From contig JBMFSH010000009.1 of NCBI GenBank assembly GCA_049967655.1, positions 1 to 64,000 on the forward strand: a DNA stretch of 64,000 nucleotides. The letters are read 5' to 3'. Each line of letters begins with the position of its first letter. Position 1 is the first letter of the stretch. The position numbers and the translations under genes were made by a program. Source of the DNA: Acidobacteriota bacterium (GTDB lineage: Bacteria > Acidobacteriota > UBA4820 > DSQY01). Shown here in pieces: positions 9,121-19,674 of the stretch. The notes under the pieces are model-generated. The model saw only the letters and a list, made by a program, of their open reading frames with translations. It had not been told where the DNA came from and did no database searches.

Positions 9121-9525
9121 CTACTCTATGTCCTCGTCATCGCCGAAGGTCTCCGCAGTGTCCGGCTCCTCGGCTTCCTGGTGCTTGCGCCGCTTGGCGC
9201 TCCGCTCCCGCATCTTCTCTTCCGCCTTGCGCTCCTCGTCCCTGCGGACCGTCAGAAAACGCATGACGTTCTCGTTCAGCCGGAGGCGGGCCTCCAGGCC
9301 CGAGACGCAATTCTCGGAGTCGGACTCGTACTCGTAGAGGACGTAGTACCCTTCGGTGAACTTGCGGATGGGATAGGCGAGGGTCTTCTTGCCCCACCGG
9401 TTCACGACCACCTTTTGGCCGCCGAACCGTTCGCCCAACTCCCTCTCGACGCCCGTCACGAGGGCTTCGAGCTCACTCTCCGCCAGGTTCGGCGGCGTGA
9501 GTACGGTGGTTTCATACTGTTTCAT
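9121..9525 (-). CDS. rpsF: 30S ribosomal protein S6
   Basis: MKQYETTVL, WGKKTLAYPIRK, GYYVL and VMRFL. Confidence 0.96.
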   Translation of the reverse strand: MKQYETTVLTPPNLAESELEALVTGVERELGERFGGQKVVVNRWGKKTLAYPIRKFTEGYYVLYEYESDSENCVSGLEARLRLNENVMRFLTVRRDEERKAEEKMRERSAKRRKHQEAEEPDTAETFGDDEDIE

Positions 9526-9533
9526 TCTTCAGA

Positions 9534-9580
9534 CCTCCTTATGGCCTAAGCCCCCGCCCACCTGGGTGGAGGAAGAAGGC
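9534..9580 (-). promoter_or_regulatory. Probable rpsF (S6:S18) autoregulatory leader hairpin
   Basis: Minus strand reads CCTTCTT-CCTCC-ACCCAGGTGGG-CGGGGG-CTTAGGCCAT-AAGGAGG. CCTTCTT can pair with the Shine-Dalgarno, and a CCA sits in the 3' internal loop. An extended -10 (TGCTATCAT) lies at 9587-9595. Confidence 0.55.
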
Positions 9581-9664
9581 GCGGGGATGATAGCACATGA
9601 GTTGCGGGCTGTCCAGGTTGCGGCTCGGCCCAAGGGCACGAAGGCCTCAGGCGGCGTCTTCGCC

Positions 9665-9720
9665 TCGCCTTTCTCCTTTCTCGTCTCGCCTTTCGCGTGT
9701 CTCGCGCCTCGTGTCTCGCG
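9665..9720. repeat. Degenerate heptamer array (tctcgcg / tttctcg family)
   Basis: Units tttctcc tttctcg tctcgcc tttcgcg..tctcgcg cctcgtg tctcgcg. Related arrays occur at about 31130-31185, 36508-36545 and 61577-61605. Confidence 0.6.
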
Positions 9721-9777
9721 CAAGAGATTTGGAGTGCCCCGGCAATCCCGCCGTCCACCTCCGGCCACCCAGGCTCC

Positions 9778-10380
9778 TCACTCCTCGCTGACCACTTCCG
9801 CCGAACGGCGGCGATTGAAGCGGTTCATGGCCGTGACGAATCCCACGTGCACCGCCTCCAGGACGGCCTCGGCTGCTCTGCCGGCGGCCTCCTCCAGGAC
9901 GGACCACCGCTCCCCGTCGAGGGGGGTCAGCAGGTAGTCCACGTGGGCCGCACGCTCCACCTCGGGCTTCCGGATGCCGAGGCGCACCCGCGGAAAGTCG
10001 CCGCTTCCCAGCTCCTCCAGGATGGATTCCATGCCGTGGTGGCCCCCCGCGCCGCCCCTCAGCCTGAGGCGCACGTGGCCAAGGGGAAGATCCAGATCGT
10101 CGTAGCAGACGATCAGCCGGTCCAGGGGAAGCGCCTCGCGGCGCATCCAGCGGGCCACCTCGATCCCGCTCCGGTTCATGAAGGTGAGAGGCTTGAGGAG
10201 GAGAAGCGACTGGCCCCGCCAGCGGCACTGCGACACGGCCGCCTCCCCTCGGACGGAAAAGCGCGGGCCTCTGCACAGCGCCCGCGCCTGCTCCGCCACT
10301 TCAAACCCCGCGTTGTGGGGGCTGTGGTGATATTCCGTCCCCGGATTGCCCAGCCCCACGACGAGGTAGTCGGCGTCCAT
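9778..10380 (-). CDS. pth: Peptidyl-tRNA hydrolase
   Basis: LVVGLGNPG, HNAGF, KPLTFMNRSG, YDDLDLP and GGAGGHHG. Confidence 0.96.
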   Translation of the reverse strand: MDADYLVVGLGNPGTEYHHSPHNAGFEVAEQARALCRGPRFSVRGEAAVSQCRWRGQSLLLLKPLTFMNRSGIEVARWMRREALPLDRLIVCYDDLDLPLGHVRLRLRGGAGGHHGMESILEELGSGDFPRVRLGIRKPEVERAAHVDYLLTPLDGERWSVLEEAAGRAAEAVLEAVHVGFVTAMNRFNRRRSAEVVSEE

Positions 10381-10398
10381 CGGAAAGGAAGAGCGGGA

Positions 10399-11082
10399 TC
10401 AGTCCTTCCCGCCTTCGCCCTCCTCCTCGGTGGCCTTCTTGCCCTTGCCGATCACCTCGGGCTCCTGGGCGCCCTCCCCGGGCACCTGCTCCTCGGCCTT
10501 CTCGACCTCGACCCTGGGCGCCTCGACCTGCACCACCGGGAGGTGGGGGTCTTCGGCGAGGATCTGGACGTTCTTGCCCGCCGTCAGGTCCTGGATCTTG
10601 ACGCTGTCCCCGACCTTCAGAGGGGTCAGATCCACGTGGATGCGGTCGGGGATGTCGGTGGGGAGGCACTCCACCTCCACCTCGCGCATGATCACGTCCA
10701 CCAGCCCGCTCTCGTTCTTCACGCCGAAGGCCACGCCGTCGTAAACGATGGGCACCTTCACTCGCACCTTTTTGTCCATGAGGATCCGGGTGAAGTCGGC
10801 GTGGACGAGGTCGTTGGAGACCGGGTCGATCTGGAAGTCCTTGATCATGACGTGGCGCTGGGAGCCCGTCCCCTTGAGGGAGAACAGGAGGATCGAGTTG
10901 GCGCCCTTCTCCGATCGCAGGATCTGGATGATCTTCTTCGGGTCCACGGAGATGGGCACGGGCTCCCGCTCCCCGCCGTAAACAATGCCCGGGATCATAC
11001 CGATCTCGGCCGTGGCGCGGCGCGCCTTCTTGCCGATCACCTCGCGGCGTTCCACTTCAATCTCGATAAACTGCTGAGCCAT
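10399..11082 (-). CDS. rplY: 50S ribosomal protein L25 / general stress protein Ctc
   Basis: IPGIVYG, HADF, GVKNESG, CLPTDIP and acidic tail EPEVIGKGKK. Confidence 0.95.
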   Translation of the reverse strand: MAQQFIEIEVERREVIGKKARRATAEIGMIPGIVYGGEREPVPISVDPKKIIQILRSEKGANSILLFSLKGTGSQRHVMIKDFQIDPVSNDLVHADFTRILMDKKVRVKVPIVYDGVAFGVKNESGLVDVIMREVEVECLPTDIPDRIHVDLTPLKVGDSVKIQDLTAGKNVQILAEDPHLPVVQVEAPRVEVEKAEEQVPGEGAQEPEVIGKGKKATEEEGEGGKD

Positions 11083-11129
11083 GTGAACTCCTCACGTGCG
11101 GCGGGGGCTAACCCCTTTACGAACGCGTA

Positions 11130-11158
11130 ATTGTACCAAACTCCCCTTTTCTTGACAA
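11130..11158 (-). promoter_or_regulatory. Strong sigma70-type promoter for rplY-pth
   Basis: Minus strand TTGTCA-N17-TACAAT, about 48 nt upstream of the rplY start. Confidence 0.7.
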
Positions 11159-11216
11159 GCTTGCCGCGGCCGGACCTCTCCGCCCCTTTACCACGCGGCG
11201 CAGGATGACCGATCCG

Positions 11217-11289
11217 CGGTCCGAAGTCCAGGCCAAGAAGGGCGCGATCCGGTCCGGAGTCCAGGCCAAGAAGGGCGCGATCCGGTCCG
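11217..11289. repeat. 33-bp tandem direct repeat, about 2.2 copies
   Basis: cggtccgRagtccaggccaagaagggcgcgatc occurs twice (one mismatch), followed by a partial cggtccg. Confidence 0.85.
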
Positions 11290-11491
11290 TGGGCCCATTA
11301 GTACCGGCGCCATCAGCACCGACGATGGCCGAGTAACCTAGGAGGCCGAGCGGGGACGGCGCTCGGTGGAGGGGAGGGGCCCCAATCCCGCGATGGAGCG
11401 GGGAGAAGGCGGGGCAAGGCTTATCCATCCATGGATCGCGAGCTACGACAGCTCACCTGAAAGGGGCGAGCCTCTCATCCCGTCCCGCTTC

Positions 11492-11520
11492 ATCGCTTAA
11501 TCGCTTAATCGCTTAATCGC
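11492..11520. repeat. Octamer tandem array (atcgctta)x3.6
   Basis: atcgctta atcgctta atcgctta atcgc. A related aatagctt array lies at 24989-25046. Confidence 0.85.
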
Positions 11521-11676
11521 GATCGGAAAGCCGCCGTCAGGCGACGGCTCCCACACCGTGGGAGGGGCGAATCTCTTGCCATCGCGCGAGAAAGCCGCTA
11601 GCCTGAAAAACCGTAGCCCTGGCTTAGAGCTCCCCCGCGGCGGGAGTCGGCTGCGGACCTTGTGTGAGGAGGCCCC

Positions 11677-13461
11677 ATGGCCCGACTGGATCCCCATTCC
11701 TACGCCGACTCGGATCAGCCCCAGACCAAGAGCCTCCGGCTCAAACTCGACGTGGATTTCGATTCTCGCCGGCTCTCCGGCGAGTGCACGCTCCTGTTCG
11801 GCTCGGAGGTCTCGGGCCCGCTCGACCTGGACACGCGGGCGCTCACGCTCCACGGCGTTCGGAATCAGGCGGGGGCCGAGGTGCTTTACGAATGGGCCGA
11901 TCCTGATCCCATCCTCGGGCAGCGGTTGCGCCTCTCCCTGCCGCCGGGCACCCAGGCTGTGACCCTCGCCTACGAGACCTCGCCCGAGGCTTCGGCCCTC
12001 CAGTGGCTGACGCCCGCGCAGACGGCCGGAAGGGCCAAGCCCTTTCTCTTCAGCCAGTGCCAGGCCATCCACGCCCGCTCCCTGGCTCCGTTACAGGACT
12101 CGCCGAGGGTCCGCGTCCCCTACGAGGCCGAGCTGACGGTGCCGGAAGGTCTCGCGGCCGTCATGTCGGCCGGCCTCCAGGGCCAGCATCCGGGAACCGC
12201 CAAGGGCAAGCGCACCTTCGTCTTCCGCATGCCCCAGGCCATCCCGCCTTACCTGCTGGCCCTCGCGGTGGGCAACATCGACAGCCGCGACCTGAGCCCG
12301 CGGTCCCGGGTCTACGCCGAGCCCGAGACGGTGGAGGCGGCGGCGTGGGAGTTCGCCGAATTGGAGAAGATGATCACCACGGCCGAGGGCCTCTTCGGCC
12401 CCTACGAGTGGGAGCGCTACGATCTGCTGACGCTTCCGCCCTCTTTCCCCTACGGCGGGATGGAGAATCCGCGGCTGACCTTCCTGACCCCCACGCTCCT
12501 GGCGGGGGACCGGTCCCTGGTGGCCGTGGTGGCCCACGAGCTGGCCCACTCCTGGACGGGCAACCTCGTGACCAACGCCTCCGCTGACCACTTCTGGCTC
12601 AACGAGGGCTTCACCGTCTGGGCCGAGCGCCGCATCCTGGAGGCGGTCTACGGCCAGGACTACGCCGCCATGGGCTGGGCCCTCGGCCTCAAGGACCTGA
12701 ACGACGCCTTCGAACGGTTCGGCAAGGACTCCCCCCTCACGCGCCTGCGCACGGACCTCGGGGGAGTGGACCCCGACGAGGTCTATTCGGAGGTACCCTA
12801 CGAGAAGGGCGCCCGTTTCGTGGCCCTGCTCGAGCGCACCGTGGGGCGCCAGCGCTTCGACCGGTTCATCCGGGACTACATCGGCGCCTTCCGCTTTACC
12901 TCCATCACCACCGAGGAGTTTCTGGCCTTCCTGGAGGAGAAACTACCGGGGGTGGCCGCGCAAATCGACGCCCAGGCCTGGATCTACGGCCCCGGCCTGC
13001 CCGCCAACACGCCGACCTTTCCGTGCCCGGCCCTGGAGCGAATCCAGGCGCTGGCCGGAGGCTGGGACCGGGGCGTGCGTCCCGACGCGGCCACCATCGC
13101 CCGGTGGAACGCCACCGAGAAGCTCCTCTACCTCCAGAACCTCGCCCGCCCCAGGACGACCGAGGAGTGCCTCTGGCTCGATACGGCCATGGGGCTCACG
13201 GGCCAGGGCAACTACGAGATTCTGGTGGAGTGGCTCTGCATCGCCGCCGCGTCCGATTACGAACCCGCCTTCGAGAGCATCCGGCAGGTGCTCACGCGCG
13301 TCGGCCGCATGAAGTACCTTCGCCCCCTCTACGCCGCCCTGGGAGGGCACGTCCGCACGCGGGCCCTGGCTCGGGAGATCTTCGACTCGGCCAAGGACCA
13401 GTACCATCCGCTCTCCCGTCGCGTGATCGAGTCGGTGATGGAGAGCTACCCCAAGGGCTGA
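11677..13461 (+). CDS. M1 family zinc aminopeptidase (leukotriene A4 hydrolase-like)
   Basis: DPHSY, FSQCQAIHARS, GGMENP, HELAHSW-x-NEG (HEXXH...E), PYEKG and VGRMKYLRPLY. Confidence 0.93.
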   Translation: MARLDPHSYADSDQPQTKSLRLKLDVDFDSRRLSGECTLLFGSEVSGPLDLDTRALTLHGVRNQAGAEVLYEWADPDPILGQRLRLSLPPGTQAVTLAYETSPEASALQWLTPAQTAGRAKPFLFSQCQAIHARSLAPLQDSPRVRVPYEAELTVPEGLAAVMSAGLQGQHPGTAKGKRTFVFRMPQAIPPYLLALAVGNIDSRDLSPRSRVYAEPETVEAAAWEFAELEKMITTAEGLFGPYEWERYDLLTLPPSFPYGGMENPRLTFLTPTLLAGDRSLVAVVAHELAHSWTGNLVTNASADHFWLNEGFTVWAERRILEAVYGQDYAAMGWALGLKDLNDAFERFGKDSPLTRLRTDLGGVDPDEVYSEVPYEKGARFVALLERTVGRQRFDRFIRDYIGAFRFTSITTEEFLAFLEEKLPGVAAQIDAQAWIYGPGLPANTPTFPCPALERIQALAGGWDRGVRPDAATIARWNATEKLLYLQNLARPRTTEECLWLDTAMGLTGQGNYEILVEWLCIAAASDYEPAFESIRQVLTRVGRMKYLRPLYAALGGHVRTRALAREIFDSAKDQYHPLSRRVIESVMESYPKG

Positions 13462-13491
13462 GGGCCGACGCGGTACCGAAACCCGCCCGGC

Positions 13492-14442
13492 TCAGGCCTT
13501 AGCCGCCGCTCTCTTTCGCCTTTTCTCGTGGAGCTCGTGCAGACCGAGCACGGTGAGGGCCACCAGGAGCGGGATCACGTAGTAGATCGCTCTGTAAGCG
13601 AGCAGGGCGCCCAGCACGTGCGGGGCGGGCACGGCCTCATCCAGAAAGAGCACGACCACCGTCTCGAAGACGCCGAGCCCCCCCGGGACCTGGCTAATGA
13701 GGCCGGCGATCTGCGCCAGCATGAAGATCCCCAGGAAGGGCACGTAGGGCACGCGGGTTCCCGGCGGCAGGAGCACATACAGCACCGCGGAGGCGAGCAT
13801 CCAGTCCAGGCCCGAGACCACCACCTGCAAGAGGGCGATCCTCAGGGAGGGGACGGCGAACTGGTAGCCCTTCAGGCGGAACGGGTGGTGGAGGAAGGCG
13901 CTGACGAGCAGGTAGGCCACCCCCGCGGCCAGGAAGAGGAACCCCAGGGGCCGCAGGGTCAGGAAGGGCATCTTGATCCCCCCCGGCACGTCCAGGGGCT
14001 CTAGCACGAAGACGAGCCCCCCCAGGGTGAACAGCCCCACGTAGAAGGTGAGGCTGTAGAAGATCACGATCTTCAGGATCTGCTGGGAGGGGACGCCCCA
14101 GGCGGAGTAGAAGCGGTAGCGCACGGAGCTGCCGGAGACGGTGTTGAAGCCGGCGTTGTTGCTGAAGGCGTATCCGATGAAGGAGCAGAGGGCGATCTTC
14201 CGGTAGGGCAGGTGCTGCCGGATGTAGAGAAAGGCCAGCGCGTCGTACTGGGTAAGGATGGTGTAGTTGGCCGCCGTGAAGAGGAGCGCCAGCCCCAGCA
14301 CCCTCGGTGGAAGGGCCTTCAGGCTGTCCGCCATGGCCTCGAGGCCGTATTTGTGCAGCTCGTGATGGAGCACCCAGACCGCCGCGCCAAACAGCAGCGC
14401 CCCGATGAGCGCGTGCAAGATCCGCTTCGTCCGGTGCTCCAA
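13492..14442 (-). CDS. Lysylphosphatidylglycerol synthase TM-domain (MprF N-terminal / UPF0104) membrane protein, with no synthase domain
   Basis: Polytopic protein with YDALAF, GYAFSNNAG, SVRYRFYSAWG, VPGGLGVFE and LLAYRAIYYVIPL. TTG start after an AGGAGG RBS. Confidence 0.8.
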   Translation of the reverse strand: MEHRTKRILHALIGALLFGAAVWVLHHELHKYGLEAMADSLKALPPRVLGLALLFTAANYTILTQYDALAFLYIRQHLPYRKIALCSFIGYAFSNNAGFNTVSGSSVRYRFYSAWGVPSQQILKIVIFYSLTFYVGLFTLGGLVFVLEPLDVPGGIKMPFLTLRPLGFLFLAAGVAYLLVSAFLHHPFRLKGYQFAVPSLRIALLQVVVSGLDWMLASAVLYVLLPPGTRVPYVPFLGIFMLAQIAGLISQVPGGLGVFETVVVLFLDEAVPAPHVLGALLAYRAIYYVIPLLVALTVLGLHELHEKRRKRAAAKA

Positions 14443-14640
14443 TGATCCCCTCCTGCATGCGGCGGGAGGCCGCTTCACGGCACCGCGCCGTCCTAAGGTC
14501 CGGCACACGTGACGCGGCCCAGGGACCCCTCTCGGAGTCGTCCATTATGCCAACTGATCCTTCCTTTGGACAACCTCTGCCGCCGAACCACTCCTGCAAA
14601 GGGTCAAGCTGGGGGAAAAGGGATTTTGCTGGATAGCCGG

Positions 14641-15240
14641 TCAGCGGCCCGCTGGGTGCTGGAGGAGGTTGTTCTCCTCCTCGCGGCGGTCTTCGAGGTG
14701 GTAGGCGGAGACGGGAAGGGGGAGGTGGACGGACTTGCCTTCCTTCTTGACGATGACGGCGGGGGCGCCCACTACCGTGCAGTGGGCCGGCACGTCTCGG
14801 TTGATGATGACCGACTCGGCCCCCACCTTGGCGCCATCGCCGATGGTGACTGGGCCCAGAATCGTGGCGTGAGTGCCGATGAAGACGTCGTTTCCCAGGG
14901 TGGGATGGCGCTTGCCCGTGTGCTTGCCCGTGCCTCCGAGCGTGACGCCGTGGAAGAGCACGCAATTCTCACCGATCTCGGAGGTCTCGCCGATGACGAC
15001 CCCCATGCCGTGGTCGCAGAAGAAACCCTTGCCGATCTTGGCGCCGGGGTGGATCTCCATGCCGGTCAGAATGCGCATCACCTGGGAGATGAGGCGCGGA
15101 AGAAAGGGGACACCCAGCCGGTAGAGGGGATGGGCCAGGTACCGGTGGACCACGATGGCGTGCAGGCAGGGGTAGAGTAGAAACTCCACGTTCTTGCACG
15201 CGGGATCGTTCCTCTTGATCGCCTTGATGTCCTCGAACAT
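14641..15240 (-). CDS. cysE: Serine O-acetyltransferase
   Basis: DPAC, TGMEIHPGAKIG, DHGMGVVIGET, GVTLGGTGK, RHPTLG and hexapeptide repeats. Confidence 0.92.
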   Translation of the reverse strand: MFEDIKAIKRNDPACKNVEFLLYPCLHAIVVHRYLAHPLYRLGVPFLPRLISQVMRILTGMEIHPGAKIGKGFFCDHGMGVVIGETSEIGENCVLFHGVTLGGTGKHTGKRHPTLGNDVFIGTHATILGPVTIGDGAKVGAESVIINRDVPAHCTVVGAPAVIVKKEGKSVHLPLPVSAYHLEDRREEENNLLQHPAGR

Positions 15241-15594
15241 GACCGGCCTTCCTAGGGGGGTGGAGAAGCCCCCTGCATCGCAACCGTATACCGAAACGGA
15301 GCGGGGGTGCAAATATTTCGCAAGACGGGATGCAAGATTCGAGGCAGTCGTGCCAAGGGCGGAGGAGCAAGTATTGAGTGGGACGCAGGACTAGGGGCAG
15401 GGGAAGTCAGGTGCCGGCTGGCAACCCCTTCCGGCATTCTTATATCTTTTCATCACCTCATCTCGGAATCTCACAAGACTGGAAACGGAGCACGCGTAGG
15501 GCCGCCGGCCGCTTGCGGGTGGAGGGTGGAGAGGCAGAGGAGGGGGCCCTTCCCAAATCCCGAATCCCTTGGTCCATTTGTGCCTTCGTGGTGA

Positions 15595-17289
<1,695 letters not shown>

Positions 17290-17562
17290 GGGAGATGGAA
17301 ACAGGGAAACGGAGAACCAGAGAGACAGGGAGAGAGGCTGACTTCCGCTTGCCGTCTCGTCTCCCCCGGGATGCCGGGATGCCGAGATGCCGAGATGAGG
17401 TGATGAGGTGATGAGGGGAAAAAGGCAAGAAGCCACGGCCTGGGTGTTTTTTGCGCCCTCCGCCTTTCACTCACTTCTTCCTGTTCACCTTTCACTTTCT
17501 ACTTCTATTTTTTTATTCCCCCCGTCCCCTGTCCCCTGCTGTCCCTTGTCCCCTGTCCCTCT
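17290..17562. repeat. Intergenic mosaic of short tandem repeats
   Basis: Purine octamers (aaacaggg/agacaggg), then (gRgatgcc)x3, then (gtgatgag)n, then pyrimidine heptamers tttcact and tgtcccc. Confidence 0.75.
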
Positions 17563-17582
17563 CCTCAGGTAGCCGCCAAACC

Positions 17583-18404
17583 ATGCGCGAAGTGACCATT
17601 CGGAAGGGCATCACGGCAGGCGGGACCAATCCCCTCTTTATCGCCGGTCCCTGCGTCATCGAATCCGAGGCGCACGTTCGGGCCCTCGCGCTCCAGCTCG
17701 CCTCGTGGGCTCGGTCGGAGGCGCTGCTTCTGGTCTTCAAGGCCTCCTTCGACAAGGCGAACCGCACGAGCCTCGACTCCTACCGGGGGCCCGGCCTGCA
17801 CGAGGGGCTCCGCATCCTCGCCGAGGTCAAGCGCGAATCGGGCCTGCCCATTCTCACGGACATCCACGAGCCAGGCCAGGCCGAGGCCACGGCCGAAGTG
17901 GCCGACGTGCTCCAGATCCCGGCCTTCCTCTGCCGCCAGACCGACCTCCTCGTGGCCGCGGCCCGCACGGGCCGCGTCGTGAACGTCAAGAAGGGGCAAT
18001 TCCTCGCCCCCCGCGACATGGCCCACGCCGTGGAGAAGCTCACCGCCAGCGGCTGCGAGCGCATCCTGCTCACGGAGAGGGGCGCGAGTTTCGGCTACCA
18101 CAACCTCGTCGTGGACATGCGCTCCATCGCCATCATGCGCTCGCTGGGTTTCCCCGTGATCTTCGACGCCACCCATTCGGTCCAGCTGCCGGGGGCGGGC
18201 GAGGGCCGCTCGGGCGGACAGCGCGAGTTCATCCCGACCCTGGCCCAGGCAGCCGCAGCGGCGGGAGCGGACGGCTTTTTCTTCGAGGTCCACGACGCCC
18301 CCGAGAGCGCCCTCTCCGACGGCCCCAACGCCCTTCCCCTGCACCAGTTTCCGGCGCTGGCACAGAAGCTGACTCGCTTCCACGCCCTGGCCCACGAGAC
18401 CTGA
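17583..18404 (+). CDS. kdsA: 3-deoxy-8-phosphooctulonate (KDO8P) synthase
   Basis: IAGPCVIES, FKASFDKANRTS, QIPAFLCRQTDL, NVKKGQF, FDATHSVQ and SDGPN. Confidence 0.97.
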   Translation: MREVTIRKGITAGGTNPLFIAGPCVIESEAHVRALALQLASWARSEALLLVFKASFDKANRTSLDSYRGPGLHEGLRILAEVKRESGLPILTDIHEPGQAEATAEVADVLQIPAFLCRQTDLLVAAARTGRVVNVKKGQFLAPRDMAHAVEKLTASGCERILLTERGASFGYHNLVVDMRSIAIMRSLGFPVIFDATHSVQLPGAGEGRSGGQREFIPTLAQAAAAAGADGFFFEVHDAPESALSDGPNALPLHQFPALAQKLTRFHALAHET

Positions 18405-18502
18405 GGGTTGCGATTTCAAGCACGGCAATGGCGACAGTGCGCGTCTTGCCCGTTCACCGCCCTGTCCCTTCGTGGTAGGGTGATGGGGAGCGAGGAGAGG
18501 CC

Positions 18503-19462
18503 ATGACCCTGGACAGCGCGAAGAAGGTGCTCACCATTGAGGCCGAGGCGCTCCTGCGCCTCAGGGACGGCCTGGATGAGAACTTTCCCAAGCTGGTGGA
18601 GACGATTCTCGCCGCCCCGGGGCGGGTGGTTCTGACGGGCATGGGCAAGAGCGGCCTGGTCTGCGCCAAGATCGCGGCGACCCTATCCAGCACCGGCACT
18701 CCCGCCCTTTCGCTCCATCCGGCCGACGCCTTCCACGGGGATCTCGGGATGGTGACGGCCGGCGACGTGGTCCTGGCCCTCTCCAACAGCGGTGAGACGG
18801 AGGAGCTGATCCGGCTGGCCCCCTTCATCAAGCGGCTCGGGGCCTTCCTGGCCTCCGCCACGGGCAGCGCCGCATCCACGCTCGGCCGCGCCTCCGACCT
18901 GCACATCACGGTGGCCGTGGACCACGAGGCCTGCCCGCTGGGCCTGGCGCCCATGGCCTCCACCACGGCCCAGATGGCGCTGGGCGACGCGCTCGCCGCG
19001 GCCCTCATCGAGCGACGCGGGTTCAAGGCGGAGGACTTCGCCCGGCTCCACCCCGGCGGCAAGCTGGGCAAGCGCCTCATGCACGTCTCCGAGCTGATGC
19101 ACTCCGGCGCCGAGATTCCCCGCGTTCTCCCCACCGCCTCCATGCAGGAGACCATCTACGAGATCTCCTCCAAGAAGCTCGGCATGACGGTGGTGGCGGA
19201 CGACGACGGCCGCCTCCACGGGATCATCACGGACGGCGACATGCGCCGCCTCATCGAGCGCCACGGCGCCGCCTTCCTTCAAATGACGGCCGCCGACTGC
19301 GCCCACCGGACACCCTTGACCATCAGCCCCGACGCCATGGCCGTCGAAGCCTTGGGGCTCCTCGAAAGCCGCAAGATCACCTCCCTCGTCGTCGCCGACC
19401 CCCAGGGGCGCCTCCTGGGCGTCCTCCACCTGCACGATCTCTGGGGACTCCAGATGATCTGA
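18503..19462 (+). CDS. kdsD: Arabinose-5-phosphate isomerase (KpsF/GutQ, SIS + 2 CBS)
   Basis: TGMGKSG, STGTP, HGDLG, SNSGET, EACPLGLAP, HPGGKLG and CBS motif GIITDGDMRR. Confidence 0.95.
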   Translation: MTLDSAKKVLTIEAEALLRLRDGLDENFPKLVETILAAPGRVVLTGMGKSGLVCAKIAATLSSTGTPALSLHPADAFHGDLGMVTAGDVVLALSNSGETEELIRLAPFIKRLGAFLASATGSAASTLGRASDLHITVAVDHEACPLGLAPMASTTAQMALGDALAAALIERRGFKAEDFARLHPGGKLGKRLMHVSELMHSGAEIPRVLPTASMQETIYEISSKKLGMTVVADDDGRLHGIITDGDMRRLIERHGAAFLQMTAADCAHRTPLTISPDAMAVEALGLLESRKITSLVVADPQGRLLGVLHLHDLWGLQMI

Positions 19463-19674
19463 GCGGGCGGGCGCGCCGGGGGCGGTGTTCCTAGGCACGA
19501 AATTCGATTGCGGAATTTGGGGCGACAGGCGGCTCTTGCAAAGGGGCCGACGGTTGCCCTATCTTGTCACCAGAACATCCTGAATCCTCAGCGTGAGAAG
19601 TTATCGGGGCCTCCTCCAGGCGGGGACGATCGTTCGGGAGCCGTCGAGTCTAGGGCGAAAGGAGGGTGCTTTCC

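Noticed and set aside
11217..11289. 33-bp direct repeats as a mini CRISPR array
   Set aside because: The copies are directly tandem with no spacers, and no cas genes are in the window.
17451..17582. N-terminal extensions or ORFs made of repeat DNA (kdsA extension, 36503-36562, 43114-43557, 9529-9768)
   Set aside because: The low-complexity peptides (PCPLS, LLTPYS, SRLTSR) are translations of heptamer arrays, and better starts lie downstream.
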